Assembly: GCA_902798825.1 (NCBI GenBank)
Contig: CADBYI010000003.1
Coordinates: forward strand, 1,993 to 65,992
DNA length: 64,000 nt
Source: an uncultured Eubacteriales bacterium
GTDB taxonomy: Bacteria; Bacillota; Clostridia; Christensenellales; CAG-138
Direction: 5' to 3'
A program made the position numbers and the translations under genes. Below the pieces are notes generated by a model. The model was not told where the DNA came from, did not search any database, and was given only the letters and a program-made list of their open reading frames with translations. Below, in pieces: positions 41,152 to 51,073 of this stretch (the first letter of the stretch is position 1; each line of letters starts with the position of its first letter).

Positions 41152-43149
41152 CTATTCCTTCTCCCCGCTGTATTTGTCGAACCAATCCGTGATCTCCTTC
41201 AGGCGGCGGAGGCGGTGCAGGGGCTTGCCGGAGCGGGAAAGCTCGTGGTTTTCCCCGTGGAACAGGCACAGCCGGGCGGGCACGCCCCGATCGACCAGGG
41301 CCGAATACATCTGCAATCCCTGCTCCAAGGGGCAGCGATAGTCCTCGTCGGAATGGATGAACAGTGTGGGCGTCTTCACGTTTTTAGCATACTTCAAAGG
41401 CGACTGGGCCCAGAGCGTTTCAGGGCTTTCATAGAGGTCGCCGGCGGTCTGGTCCGGGGCGAAGTAGGAACCGATGTCGGACACGCCGCAAAAGCTCAGC
41501 CAATTGGAGATGGACCGCTGGGAGGCGCAGCAGCAGAACCGGTCCGTGTGGCCGATGATCCAGTTGGTCATGAAGCCGCCATAGCTGCCGCCGGTCTCGC
41601 AGACGCGCTTAGGGTCGATGGCGGGATAGGCCGCCAGCACCGCGTCCGCGAAGGCCATCAGGTTCTTATAGTCCACGTCCCCGTAGCCGCCCCGGATGTC
41701 CGCGAAGGCGTTGTCGCCGCCGTCGCTGCCCTTGGGGTTACAGAAGAAGACGAAGTAGCCCTTCCCCGCCCAATACTGCATCTCGTGGTAGAACACGGGG
41801 CCGTAGACGGTTTTGGGGCCGCCGTGGATATCGAAGATGGCGGGATAGGTCCTGTTTGGGTCATAGCCCAAGGGCTTGAGCACCCAGCCATGGACGGTCA
41901 AGCCCTCGCTTTCCACCGAGAGGGACTCCGGCTGAGCCACATACCTGTCCGCCAGGGCGGGCCCGTTAAAGTCGGTGATGCGCTTGGCCTCCCCTGTTTT
42001 CAAATCGCAAAGGTACAGCTCCTGAGGCCGCATGTCGTAGAGCCCCACGCAAAGGGCCCTGCCCTCCGCCACGTCGAAGCAGTCCATGGCCCCGGCCTTG
42101 GTGAACACGGGGGTATCGGCGCCGTCCCGGTCCAGCCGATAGAGGACGGCGTCCCCGCCCCGGGTGGTCAGATGATAGAGGCTGTCCCCCACCGCCACCG
42201 CTTCCCGGCCGCCACCCAGACGGCAATCGCTGCCCACGCTGTTGTAGAGGCTGTGCTCCGCCGGGAACAGGAGCTTGAGCGCTCCGGCGGCGGTATCCAG
42301 CTCATATACATAATCGTTTTCATTGAGGCCGTAGCGTTTGCCCTCGCCGCCGAAAACCAGTATCCGATCCCCCACGGTCTCGAAGCGGGAGAGCATGAAG
42401 GCGTCGGTGTGGAGCACCTCCCGGGTTTTGCCGGTCCTTAGATCATGGGCCATGACGGTGAATTCTTTGAGCTGCATCCTGGGCCCGCGATTCTGTATCG
42501 CATAGACCACCTCGTCCCCTCGGACCGTGAAGCCGCCCATGTCCTCCTGGGGGCCGGAGAGCGGCGTGATGGTCAGCGGGTCCACCGTCACCAGAAACAG
42601 CCGGCGTCGCTGGCCGTTCACCACGCCCGCCCCGTTGTGCCAGAAGGGGAGTTCGTCGAAGACCTCATAGTCCTTGTCGTCCTCCCGGGCCTTGAGGACT
42701 GCCTTGCGGGTTTCTTCATCCGCCGCGTACAGGTCGGGATGGGCCTTGTCGAAGAAGCCGATCACCAAGAATCGCTTGCCGTCCAGGGCCCTGATCTCGC
42801 CGGCGGTGAAGGGCACCGTGAAGTAGGGCAGAGCCTCCCCGCCCCTTAGATCCAGCACATAATAGGAAGTGAAGGGGTCCTTTCCCTCCGCCCGCTTCTT
42901 CTCCGCCGCGGAGCGCACGGCCGGGAACAGAAGCCGATCGTCGTCCAGCCAGATATAGCGACCCTCCTTGCCCAGGTCGGTAAGCTGCCTGGTCGCCCCG
43001 TTCTCATAGAGCCAAAGCCGGGACTCATAGCTGTTCTCCGCCTCGTTGGCCGTGGAAACCACGAAGGCCGCCCGGGTGTGGCCCGGGTTGTAGCGAACCT
43101 CCGATAGAAAGCGATAGGTCAGAATGTCCTTTTGATCGATGGGTGTCAT
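41152..43149 (-). CDS. S9-family serine peptidase (prolyl oligopeptidase / acylaminoacyl-peptidase-like)
   Basis: N-terminal beta-propeller region. C-terminal alpha/beta hydrolase with nucleophile elbow GGSYGG and HGENH. ATG at 43149 has an AAGGA SD. Confidence 0.88.
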   Translation of the reverse strand: MTPIDQKDILTYRFLSEVRYNPGHTRAAFVVSTANEAENSYESRLWLYENGATRQLTDLGKEGRYIWLDDDRLLFPAVRSAAEKKRAEGKDPFTSYYVLDLRGGEALPYFTVPFTAGEIRALDGKRFLVIGFFDKAHPDLYAADEETRKAVLKAREDDKDYEVFDELPFWHNGAGVVNGQRRRLFLVTVDPLTITPLSGPQEDMGGFTVRGDEVVYAIQNRGPRMQLKEFTVMAHDLRTGKTREVLHTDAFMLSRFETVGDRILVFGGEGKRYGLNENDYVYELDTAAGALKLLFPAEHSLYNSVGSDCRLGGGREAVAVGDSLYHLTTRGGDAVLYRLDRDGADTPVFTKAGAMDCFDVAEGRALCVGLYDMRPQELYLCDLKTGEAKRITDFNGPALADRYVAQPESLSVESEGLTVHGWVLKPLGYDPNRTYPAIFDIHGGPKTVYGPVFYHEMQYWAGKGYFVFFCNPKGSDGGDNAFADIRGGYGDVDYKNLMAFADAVLAAYPAIDPKRVCETGGSYGGFMTNWIIGHTDRFCCCASQRSISNWLSFCGVSDIGSYFAPDQTAGDLYESPETLWAQSPLKYAKNVKTPTLFIHSDEDYRCPLEQGLQMYSALVDRGVPARLCLFHGENHELSRSGKPLHRLRRLKEITDWFDKYSGEKE

Positions 43150-43255
43150 GTCGCGTCCTTTCCCCGCCGGGGGCGGTTCCTTTTTCCTTACGATACTATA
43201 CTGCCGGCCAATACACAAGGCCAAAATTCCTTTGAAAAAAAGATAAAATAGGGGC

Positions 43256-43284
43256 TTGCATTTTTGAAAGTCATTTAGTATAAT
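43256..43284 (+). promoter_or_regulatory. rpsT promoter
   Basis: TTGCAT, 17-nt spacer, TATAAT. Confidence 0.7.
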
Positions 43285-43329
43285 AGCGTAGTTCGTGTAA
43301 AGGACAATTATCTATAGGGGGTAAATGCT

Positions 43330-43593
43330 GTGGCAAACATCAAATCTGCTATGAAGCGTGCAGGCACCAATAAGAAGGAGAATCTTCGCAACCGCGAGGA
43401 TAAGTCCGCTTTGAAGACCGCTCTGCGTCGCTTTGACGAAGCTCTCCAGGGTGAGGATACGGCAGCCGCCGAGGCCGCTTATCTCAAAGCCGTGAGCACC
43501 GTCGATAAGGCAGCTGCCAAGGGCGTCATCCACAAGAATGCCGCCAACCACAAGAAGGCTCAGCTGGCCGGCAAGCGCGCGTCCGCCAATTAA
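43330..43593 (+). CDS. rpsT: 30S ribosomal protein S20
   Basis: GTG start after AGGGGG. MANIKSAMKRAGTNKKENLRNREDKSALKTALRRF is typical of S20. Confidence 0.95.
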   Translation: MANIKSAMKRAGTNKKENLRNREDKSALKTALRRFDEALQGEDTAAAEAAYLKAVSTVDKAAAKGVIHKNAANHKKAQLAGKRASAN

Positions 43594-43616
43594 ACCCCAA
43601 ACGTATAGATTGTGTT

Positions 43617-43660
43617 CGGCCCCTTTCCTTCTTACGAGAAACGGAAAGAGGCCGTTTTTT
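43617..43660 (+). terminator. Intrinsic terminator after rpsT
   Basis: CGGCCCCTTTCC...GGAAAGAGGCCG stem followed by TTTTTT. Confidence 0.8.
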
Positions 43661-43682
43661 ATAGCATTGTGAGGTAACATCT

Positions 43683-45371
43683 ATGGCCATGGACGGTCTT
43701 TCCCTCCACGCCATGCTGTGGGAGATCCGGGACCTCATGGGCGCCCGGGTGGACAAGGTGCAGCAGCCGGACAAGGATACGCTGCTCCTTTCCTGCCACG
43801 GCAGCAGCTGCGGACGGGTAAAGCTTCTCGTCAACATCCATAATGAGAACGGGCGCATCGCCCTGACGCGAGACACAGCGGAGAATCCCGCCGCGGCGCC
43901 CGCTTTTTGCATGCTTTTACGAAAGCGGCTCATCGGCAGCCGGATCACCGGGATGGAGCAAACGGGCCTGGATCGGACCGTCCGCTTCTCCTTCTCCGGC
44001 CGGGACGAGCTCATGGACGAAACGGCCTGCTCCCTGGTGGTGGAGCTCATGGGCAAGCACGGCAACGCCTTTTTGCTGGACGATACCGACACGATTTTGG
44101 ACTGCCTGCGCCACATCGGCGTGGGGGCCGAGGCCCTGCGGGTGTGTCTGCCCAACGTGAAGTACGAGCCGCTTCCGCTTCAGGACAAGCGTGACCCCCT
44201 GTCTGCCTCCCGGGAGGAGCTGCAGGCGGTGGATTCGCCCCGGACGCTGATGAACGGCTATATGGGCATCTCCCGGCAGGTCGCCACGTTGCTGCTTCCG
44301 GACAGCCTTTCGGAGGGCCAGCGGGGCCAATGGCTCTTCGACACGCTGCAGGCTTTGAAGGCCGGGGCCCTCTCCCCCTGCCTGGTGCCGGGCGTGGGGC
44401 CCGCCCCCTTCCGTCCCCTTGACCGGAATGACGCCGTCCCCTACCCCACCCTGTCGGAATGCTACGACGCCTGGTATCGGGCCAGGGACGTGCGCATCCG
44501 GATGCTCCGGGAGACCGGGTCCCTCCGGGCCACCCTGGAGCACGCCCTGAAACGGTGTGAAAACAAGATCAGCGCCTTTTCGAGCGACCTGCTGAGCGAG
44601 GAGGAGGAAGGCCGCCTGCGGCTCTGCGGCGAGCTGCTGCTGGGGTTCCACGGGGAGCGGCCCAAGGGCTCCGAATCCGTGATCGTGGACAACTATTATG
44701 AGTTCCCCCCCGTTAAGGTGACGGTGAAGCTGGACCCGGCCCTATCCGTGCCGGAGAACGCGGCCCGCTACTTCAAACGGTATCAAAAGCTGAAGGCCGC
44801 CCGGGCCTACGCCGAGGGCGAGATGGGGAAGCTTCGGGAGGAACAGCTGTATCTGCAAGGCCAGCTGCTGTCCCTCAACAACTGCGAAAGCGGGGAGGAT
44901 GTGGCCGAAATACGGCAGGAGCTGATCCGGGAGCGATACATTCGCCCCTCCCCCATAAAGGGCGGTGCCAGACCCAAGGCCATCAGATCCATGCCCCTGC
45001 ACTTTTTATCCTCGGCCGGGCTGTCCATCTACGTGGGCAAGAACAACGAGCAGAACGACCGGCTCACCCGCAACGCGCCTGCCGACGCCCTGTGGCTCCA
45101 CGTGAAGGACGCCGCCGGGTCCCACGTGATCGTGGATTCCAAGGGTATGCCCGACAAGCAGACGCTACTGGAGGCGGCCACCTTGGCGGTCCATTTCAGC
45201 AGCCAGCGGGGCGGGGCCAGCGTACCCGTGGATTATGTTCCCCGGCGCTACGTGAAGAAGCCCTCGGGAAGCAAGCCTGGGTTCGTCATCTTCACCAATC
45301 AACGGACCCTTTTGATCACCCCTGACCCGAATCTGATCGACACCCTGAAAAAGGGAATACAAGAGGTATAA
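43683..45371 (+). CDS. rqcH: NFACT-family ribosome quality control protein (RqcH / fibronectin-binding protein A-like)
   Basis: 562 aa. N-terminal NFACT-N (MAMDGLSLHAMLWEI...) and C-terminal DALWLHVKDAAGSHVIV...PGFVIFTN (NFACT-R). Confidence 0.85.
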   Translation: MAMDGLSLHAMLWEIRDLMGARVDKVQQPDKDTLLLSCHGSSCGRVKLLVNIHNENGRIALTRDTAENPAAAPAFCMLLRKRLIGSRITGMEQTGLDRTVRFSFSGRDELMDETACSLVVELMGKHGNAFLLDDTDTILDCLRHIGVGAEALRVCLPNVKYEPLPLQDKRDPLSASREELQAVDSPRTLMNGYMGISRQVATLLLPDSLSEGQRGQWLFDTLQALKAGALSPCLVPGVGPAPFRPLDRNDAVPYPTLSECYDAWYRARDVRIRMLRETGSLRATLEHALKRCENKISAFSSDLLSEEEEGRLRLCGELLLGFHGERPKGSESVIVDNYYEFPPVKVTVKLDPALSVPENAARYFKRYQKLKAARAYAEGEMGKLREEQLYLQGQLLSLNNCESGEDVAEIRQELIRERYIRPSPIKGGARPKAIRSMPLHFLSSAGLSIYVGKNNEQNDRLTRNAPADALWLHVKDAAGSHVIVDSKGMPDKQTLLEAATLAVHFSSQRGGASVPVDYVPRRYVKKPSGSKPGFVIFTNQRTLLITPDPNLIDTLKKGIQEV

Positions 45372-45374
45372 GGT

Positions 45375-45977
45375 ATGAAGCTTTTGATCGCATCCAACAA
45401 CGCCCATAAGGTCCGGGAGATCGAAGATATCCTTTCGGGCTACTTCGATGAGATGGTGACCATGAGGGAGGCGGGCCTCGACATCGACGTGGTGGAGGAC
45501 GGCAGCACCTTTCGGGAGAACGCCGTGAAAAAGGCCACGGAGATTTTGGAGAAAAGCGGCTTCGACGCCACACTGGCGGATGACACAGGCCTGTGCGTGG
45601 ACGCTTTGGGTGGCGCGCCGGGGGTCTACTCCGCCCGCTACGCCGGGGAGGGCCATGACACAGCGGCCAACAACGCCCTGCTCATGGAGAACATGAAGGA
45701 CGTGCCCGACGAGAAAAGAACCTGCCGCTTCACCTGCTGCGTGGCGCTGGCCCGGAAGGGACGAGACGTGCTGGTGGCGGAGGGCAAAGCGGAGGGAACG
45801 CTCCTGCGGGCCCCTGCCGGAGAGAACGGCTTCGGATACGACCCTTACTTCTTTTATCCCCCCCTGCATAAATCCTTTGCGGAGCTCACCGCCCAGGAAA
45901 AGAACAGCGTCAGCCACCGGCGGGCAGCTTTGGACGCCCTGCGCCGCGCCTTGGACGCGGAGAGCGAGGGTCGATGA
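45375..45977 (+). CDS. rdgB: Non-canonical purine NTP pyrophosphatase (RdgB/HAM1 family)
   Basis: IASNNAHKVREI, GFGYDPYFF and SHRRAAL motifs. 200 aa. Confidence 0.9.
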   Translation: MKLLIASNNAHKVREIEDILSGYFDEMVTMREAGLDIDVVEDGSTFRENAVKKATEILEKSGFDATLADDTGLCVDALGGAPGVYSARYAGEGHDTAANNALLMENMKDVPDEKRTCRFTCCVALARKGRDVLVAEGKAEGTLLRAPAGENGFGYDPYFFYPPLHKSFAELTAQEKNSVSHRRAALDALRRALDAESEGR

Positions 45978-46459
45978 GGATCGGGGTCTTCTCCGACACC
46001 CATGGGGACATCTCCCACGCCAAGCTGTTTTATGACAGTCTGGCGCCGCTGGATTGTCTCTTTCATCTGGGGGACTATGCCAGCGACGGGGCGAAGCTCT
46101 CCCGACTTTTCTCCTGTCCCGTCTATGCCGTGAGAGGAAACTGCGACTATCGCTCGGAGGAGCCCCTGGAGCGGATCGTGGATCTGGCCGGGAAGCGGTT
46201 TTTGCTCCTCCACAGCCATCAATACTATCACATGAGCGCCCTGCTGTATCGCGGCGAGGAGGTCCATGCGGACATGGTCCTCTACGGCCACACCCATGTG
46301 CCGGACCTTTCCGCCGACGGGCCTCGGCTCCTGCTGAACCCCGGCTCGCTCTCCCGTCCCCGGGGCGGTTCCGTGGAAAGCTGCGCCCTGATCCTGGCGG
46401 ATGGAAAGGACCTTCGGGTGCGCTTCATCAACGCGGACAACGTCCCCAGGGATCGGTAA
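45974..46459 (+). CDS. YfcE/MJ0936-family metallophosphoesterase
   Basis: VFSDTHGD, RGNCD and GHTHVP metallophosphatase motifs. 4-nt overlap with rdgB. Confidence 0.85.
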   Translation: MRIGVFSDTHGDISHAKLFYDSLAPLDCLFHLGDYASDGAKLSRLFSCPVYAVRGNCDYRSEEPLERIVDLAGKRFLLLHSHQYYHMSALLYRGEEVHADMVLYGHTHVPDLSADGPRLLLNPGSLSRPRGGSVESCALILADGKDLRVRFINADNVPRDR

Positions 46460-46567
46460 TAAATTGTTCATCTTTCCGGCACAAAAGATTGGCATATGCG
46501 CCATTGACAGGGACAAGGTGAGAGGGGTAAACTTATACCATGCTTTTTCCCTTCGAGGTGTATATAT

Positions 46568-48151
46568 ATGCGCAATAGAGTCGTTTCCTGTATATTAGCT
46601 TTTGTCTTCGTTTTTCTGCTGCTGCCCGCCCCCCTATCCCGGGCGGACGATTTTGACGTGGGGAGTTTACGGGAGCGGTATGCCATCTTGGTGGACGCCA
46701 GCGACCCCACCACGGCCCTGTACGGCATCGAGAAAAATGCTGACGAACAGTGTGCTACGGGCAGCACCATCAAGATCCTCACCTGTATGCTGGCCATCGA
46801 GTCAGGCCGGCTGGACGAGGAAGCCACCGTATCCGACAACGCCGTCAATTTCAACAAGAAATACAACTCCCTCATGGGGCTGGAGGCCGGACAGAAGTGG
46901 ACCATCCGGGACCTTCTGTATGGGCTCATGCTCCCCTCCGGCAACGATGCGGCCATCGCCATTGCGGAACAGCTGGCCGGTTCCACCAAGGCCTTTGCCA
47001 ACCAGATGAACGAGAAGGCCAAGGAGCTGGGCATGACCCACTCCCACTTCGTCACCGTCCACGGCAAGGACAATAAGGATCATTACTCCACCGCCCGGGA
47101 TATGGCGCTGCTCACTGCCTGGGCTCTGCAGAACGACACCTTCCGGCAGATCGTCAGCACCACCACCTACACCTGCTCCGATACCAGCGGCCAGAACACT
47201 ATCACCCTGCAAAACACCAACAGGCTGCTGATCGACGCGGCCTCCGACGGAACCTACACGCCCATCAGCTGCCTCTATCCCGATGCCATCGGCGTGAAGA
47301 CCGGCGACACCAACGCGGCTGGCAAGTGCTTCATCGCGGCGGCCTCCCGGGGCGGCGTCACCCTGATTGCCGTGCTGCTGGGCGGCACGCTGGACGACCA
47401 GGAGTATTTGGACAAGTCTGCCAATATGAACGCCAAGACCAAGGACCCTTACAACGCCCAGCGGTTCGAGGACGCCATCGCCCTGTTCGATTATGGCTAC
47501 AAGCAGATGTCCCAGTTCCTGACCGTCCAGGATCTGATCGACATGGGTATGCCCGTATCCTTCCCCTGTGAGGTGCAGAACGCCGCCAAAAACGATCCGC
47601 AGAATGGGATGCTGACTGTATCCCCTCGGCTGGATTACAGCCAGCAGCTGCAGCTGATGCAGCCCTTTATGGAAAAGATCACGGAGAACATCACCAACCT
47701 GGCCGACACGAAGATCGGCACCCTGGTGGCCCCCATCAACGCCGGGGACGTGGTGGGTACGGTGGAATACAAGGTGGGCGACTCCGTCCTGTTCACCTCC
47801 AACCTGTACGCCGACAGGGACGTGAAGGAAGGCATTCTGAACAGCGAGCCCAGCGAGCCCGTCGTCAACGCCCAGGAACAGCCCCAGGTGTCCGTCGGTG
47901 CGCCCCTCATGGGCACCGCCTCCACTCTCACCGGCGAGCCGGTCAAGCAGAGCAGCTTTAAGCGGACATTGCTGATCGTGCTGGTGGTTCTGTTTGTGAT
48001 CGTTTTGATCGCCTTCGTGGCGTTTATGATCGTGGTCCGCATTCGTCGTGAGCGCCGCCGCAAGGCCAGGGCCGCTGCCCGCCGCAGAAAGCGGATACAG
48101 CAGGAGCGGATCGCCCGTCAGCGGGCGGCGGAACAGGGTCGCCGGTCATGA
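46568..48151 (+). CDS. D-alanyl-D-alanine carboxypeptidase (S11, low-molecular-weight PBP) with C-terminal TM and Arg-rich tail
   Basis: Signal peptide. Motifs GSTIKIL (SxxK), PSGND (SxN) and VKTGDT (KTG). C-terminal TM helix followed by RIRRERRRKARAAARRRKR. Confidence 0.85.
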   Translation: MRNRVVSCILAFVFVFLLLPAPLSRADDFDVGSLRERYAILVDASDPTTALYGIEKNADEQCATGSTIKILTCMLAIESGRLDEEATVSDNAVNFNKKYNSLMGLEAGQKWTIRDLLYGLMLPSGNDAAIAIAEQLAGSTKAFANQMNEKAKELGMTHSHFVTVHGKDNKDHYSTARDMALLTAWALQNDTFRQIVSTTTYTCSDTSGQNTITLQNTNRLLIDAASDGTYTPISCLYPDAIGVKTGDTNAAGKCFIAAASRGGVTLIAVLLGGTLDDQEYLDKSANMNAKTKDPYNAQRFEDAIALFDYGYKQMSQFLTVQDLIDMGMPVSFPCEVQNAAKNDPQNGMLTVSPRLDYSQQLQLMQPFMEKITENITNLADTKIGTLVAPINAGDVVGTVEYKVGDSVLFTSNLYADRDVKEGILNSEPSEPVVNAQEQPQVSVGAPLMGTASTLTGEPVKQSSFKRTLLIVLVVLFVIVLIAFVAFMIVVRIRRERRRKARAAARRRKRIQQERIARQRAAEQGRRS

Positions 48152-49599
48152 AGATACAGTTTGAAAGAAACCATCTACGCCGTCTTGCGGCTTTTCTCGC
48201 CGCAGTGACGGCGTTCGTCGTTTTAGCGCCGGCAGGATTCGCCACCGACAAGCCGGACCTGTCGAGTTTTCCCGAACGGAACGTGATCCTGTCCACCGGC
48301 GATGCGCCAACCGTCAGCGTAAATGGCCTGGAAAAGAACGCCGACGAGCGGGCCTACCCCGCCAGCATCACAAAGGTGCTCACCGGTTTGGTGGCTCTCG
48401 AGCAGGGCAACATGGAGGATTTGGTGACCATCTCCGCCCATGACGTGGATCTGGCCAGCGCCAACACCAAGATCGGCGTGAAGGAAGGCGAGGTCTATAA
48501 GCTGGGGGACCTCATGTACGGCATGCTCCTGCCCTCCGGAAACGACGCCGCCCGGGCCGTGGCCGAGCAGGTGGGTGGTTCGGAGGAAGGCTTTGCTGCA
48601 CTCATGAATGAAAAGGCCCAGGCACTGGGCATGACCAACAGCCATTTCACCAACGCATCCGGCCTTCACGATGACGGCATGTATACCACCGCACGGGACC
48701 TGGCCATCCTCGGCGCGGCGGCGGCTCAGAATGAGGCCCTTTGCAAAATACTGACCACGCCGAATTACACCCTTCAGGAGCAGACGAAGGGCCGTTCTGT
48801 CAGCGTCAGGAACATCGACCGATTGGTGAACGAGCCAAGACCCGGGGAGTATGAGAAGGTCTCCGCCCTGTACCCCTGGTGCGTAGGGGGCAAGACCGGC
48901 AGCACCAACGCCGCCGGCCGCACCTATATGGCCATGGCCCGCTACAGCGGCGTCACCCTGGTCTGCGTGCTGTTGGGGGACAAGGTCCCTACCTCCGGCA
49001 CCAAGGGCACGAAATATGACAAGATCATCGCCAACCGCTTCCTGGAGGCGAAGAACCTGTTTGAATATGGCTATTCATATCTCTTCCCCCTGGTGAACGT
49101 GCGCACGCTGAAGGACGAGGGATTGCCGGTGGCATTCGAAGGTGCCGTTCAGAAGGGCGAGGAAACCCTGTCCGTTCCCACCATGGTGGAGGATGTGGAC
49201 GCCGTCGTGTCCATGTACCTGCCGGCCCGCCAGGCGCTGCTGGAGAAAGACCGGATTCGGGCCCAGATCTCCCAGCCGGAGGTGACCGTGCCCATTGCAG
49301 CCGGAGCCCCGGCCGGCGAAGTGTCCTATTTCTATGAGGATCGGTTGCTGTTCACCCTTCCCCTGGTGTTTCAGTACGGGCTTGAGCCGGACCCCACGCC
49401 CTCCCCCGCCCCCATCCTGCAGGTGGAAAAGCGACCCCTGCCCTCCCCCGGAGAAACAGAGGTCCCCGTCCAGGAGATACAGACGGAGCCAGAGACGGCA
49501 GCACCGCCGTCCATACAACTTCTCTGGTACGTCCTCCTTCCCCTTCTTTTGGTGAGCGCTGTCTTCGTCCTCTGCCTGATGAAACGGCGGAAACGATAA
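48148..49599 (+). CDS. D-alanyl-D-alanine carboxypeptidase (S11), second tandem paralog
   Basis: ASITKVL (SxxK), PSGND and GGKTGST motifs. C-terminal Pro-rich linker and TM anchor. ATGA overlap with the first paralog. Confidence 0.85.
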   Translation: MKIQFERNHLRRLAAFLAAVTAFVVLAPAGFATDKPDLSSFPERNVILSTGDAPTVSVNGLEKNADERAYPASITKVLTGLVALEQGNMEDLVTISAHDVDLASANTKIGVKEGEVYKLGDLMYGMLLPSGNDAARAVAEQVGGSEEGFAALMNEKAQALGMTNSHFTNASGLHDDGMYTTARDLAILGAAAAQNEALCKILTTPNYTLQEQTKGRSVSVRNIDRLVNEPRPGEYEKVSALYPWCVGGKTGSTNAAGRTYMAMARYSGVTLVCVLLGDKVPTSGTKGTKYDKIIANRFLEAKNLFEYGYSYLFPLVNVRTLKDEGLPVAFEGAVQKGEETLSVPTMVEDVDAVVSMYLPARQALLEKDRIRAQISQPEVTVPIAAGAPAGEVSYFYEDRLLFTLPLVFQYGLEPDPTPSPAPILQVEKRPLPSPGETEVPVQEIQTEPETAAPPSIQLLWYVLLPLLLVSAVFVLCLMKRRKR

Positions 49600-49613
49600 C
49601 CATGTAACTCAAA

Positions 49614-49886
49614 AAGCACCGCCAGCAGCGGTGCTTCAGCTTGTCAAATACCTTTTGACAAGCTGAGCAGGCTGTCAGCAGAGGATGGCAGAAACGGCGT
49701 TCTTCGCCCCGAAGCTGTACAAAGGTACCGCGAGAGGGCGAAAACGCCGTTAATTTGCGACATCTCTATTCAAAAGAAATGGCGGTTTACGCCATTTCCT
49801 CCTACCAGTGATTCTTCAAATGTATTTGTCGCAAATGATCTGCCACCTTTTTCGACAGCCTGAAGCACCGCCAGCAAGCGGTGCTT
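49614..49886 (+). repeat. Terminator-embedded structured repeat, copy 3 (core 49637..49862; duplicated hairpin at 49614..49636 and 49863..49886)
   Basis: The core aligns with copies 1 and 2. It sits between a convergent carboxypeptidase gene and metK. The flanks are AAGCACCGC-loop-GCGGTGCTT with a 1-nt loop indel. Confidence 0.9.
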
Positions 49887-49903
49887 TGTTGTAGTCGTTT
49901 GCG

Positions 49904-51037
49904 TCAGATGGACAGGTCCAGTCGCTCCCAGGGCATGTCCTCGGCGTTCTCGCCGAAGTGCCCATAGGCGGCCAGCTTGGAATAGATGGGCCGCCGAAGG
50001 CCGAACCGATTGATGATGGCCATGGGCCGCAAATCCACTGTCTCCATGATATGGTCCTTCAGGGCGCCCACATCGTTGATGTGGGCGGTACCGAAATCCT
50101 CAATGCGGAGGCTGGTGGGCCGGGCTACGCCGATGGCATAGGAGAGCTGGACCTCGCAGCGATCCATATATCCCCCGGCCACGATGTTCTTGGCCAGGTA
50201 TCGGGCCATGTACGCGCCGGTCCTGTCAACCTTGGTGGGGTCCTTTCCGGAGAAAGCGCCGCCGCCGTGACGGGCATAGCCGCCATAGGTGTCCACGATG
50301 ATCTTGCGGCCGGTGAGGCCCGTATCCCCCGCGGGACCGCCCACCACGAACCGACCGGTGGGATTGATGAAAAACGCCGTCCAGTCCCCCATCATGTTGG
50401 CGGGCAAAACGGGCAGGATCACCTGTTCCTTGAGGACCTGCCGCAGGGTGTCGATGTCGATGCTCTCCTTATGCTGGGCGGAAAGGACCACTGCCAGGAT
50501 GCGGCTGGGCACGTTGTCCCGATACTCTACCGTCACCTGAGACTTGCCGTCCGGCAGAAGGAAAGGCAACGTACCGTCGTTGCGCAGGGTCTCAAGACGC
50601 CTGGTGAGGCGGTGGGAGAGCTCGATGGGCAGGGGCATATAGTGCTCCGTCTCCCGGCAGGCGTAGCCGAACATCATGCCCTGATCCCCGGCGCCGATCT
50701 CCAGAGGATTGGCGTTGTCCACACCCATGGCGATGTCGGGAGACTGATGGTTCAAATCCACGTCGATGATGGCGGTGTCGCAGTCGAAGCCCCGATTCGG
50801 CTCCGTGTAGCCGGTCTCCCGGATCACCCGTCGGGAAACGGCTTCATAGTCCACCCGGGCGGAGCTGGTGATCTCCCCCATGATATGCATATGGTTCGTG
50901 TTGGCGGTCACTTCACAGGCCACGCGGGCAGCGGGGTCCTGGCTTAGGATAGCATCCAAAATGGCGTCGGCAGTCTTATCACACAGCTTGTCCGGGTGCC
51001 CCCCGGTCACGGATTCAGATGTAAAGCACGCAGGCAT
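49904..51037 (-). CDS. metK: S-adenosylmethionine synthase
   Basis: SESVTGGHPDKLCD and GAGDQGMMFGYA motifs. ATG at 51037 has an AGGAGAG SD. The ORF extends to a TTG at 51070. Confidence 0.95.
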   Translation of the reverse strand: MPACFTSESVTGGHPDKLCDKTADAILDAILSQDPAARVACEVTANTNHMHIMGEITSSARVDYEAVSRRVIRETGYTEPNRGFDCDTAIIDVDLNHQSPDIAMGVDNANPLEIGAGDQGMMFGYACRETEHYMPLPIELSHRLTRRLETLRNDGTLPFLLPDGKSQVTVEYRDNVPSRILAVVLSAQHKESIDIDTLRQVLKEQVILPVLPANMMGDWTAFFINPTGRFVVGGPAGDTGLTGRKIIVDTYGGYARHGGGAFSGKDPTKVDRTGAYMARYLAKNIVAGGYMDRCEVQLSYAIGVARPTSLRIEDFGTAHINDVGALKDHIMETVDLRPMAIINRFGLRRPIYSKLAAYGHFGENAEDMPWERLDLSI

Positions 51038-51073
51038 CTCTTTCTCTCCTGTCCTTCGGTATTTTAGCAAGCT

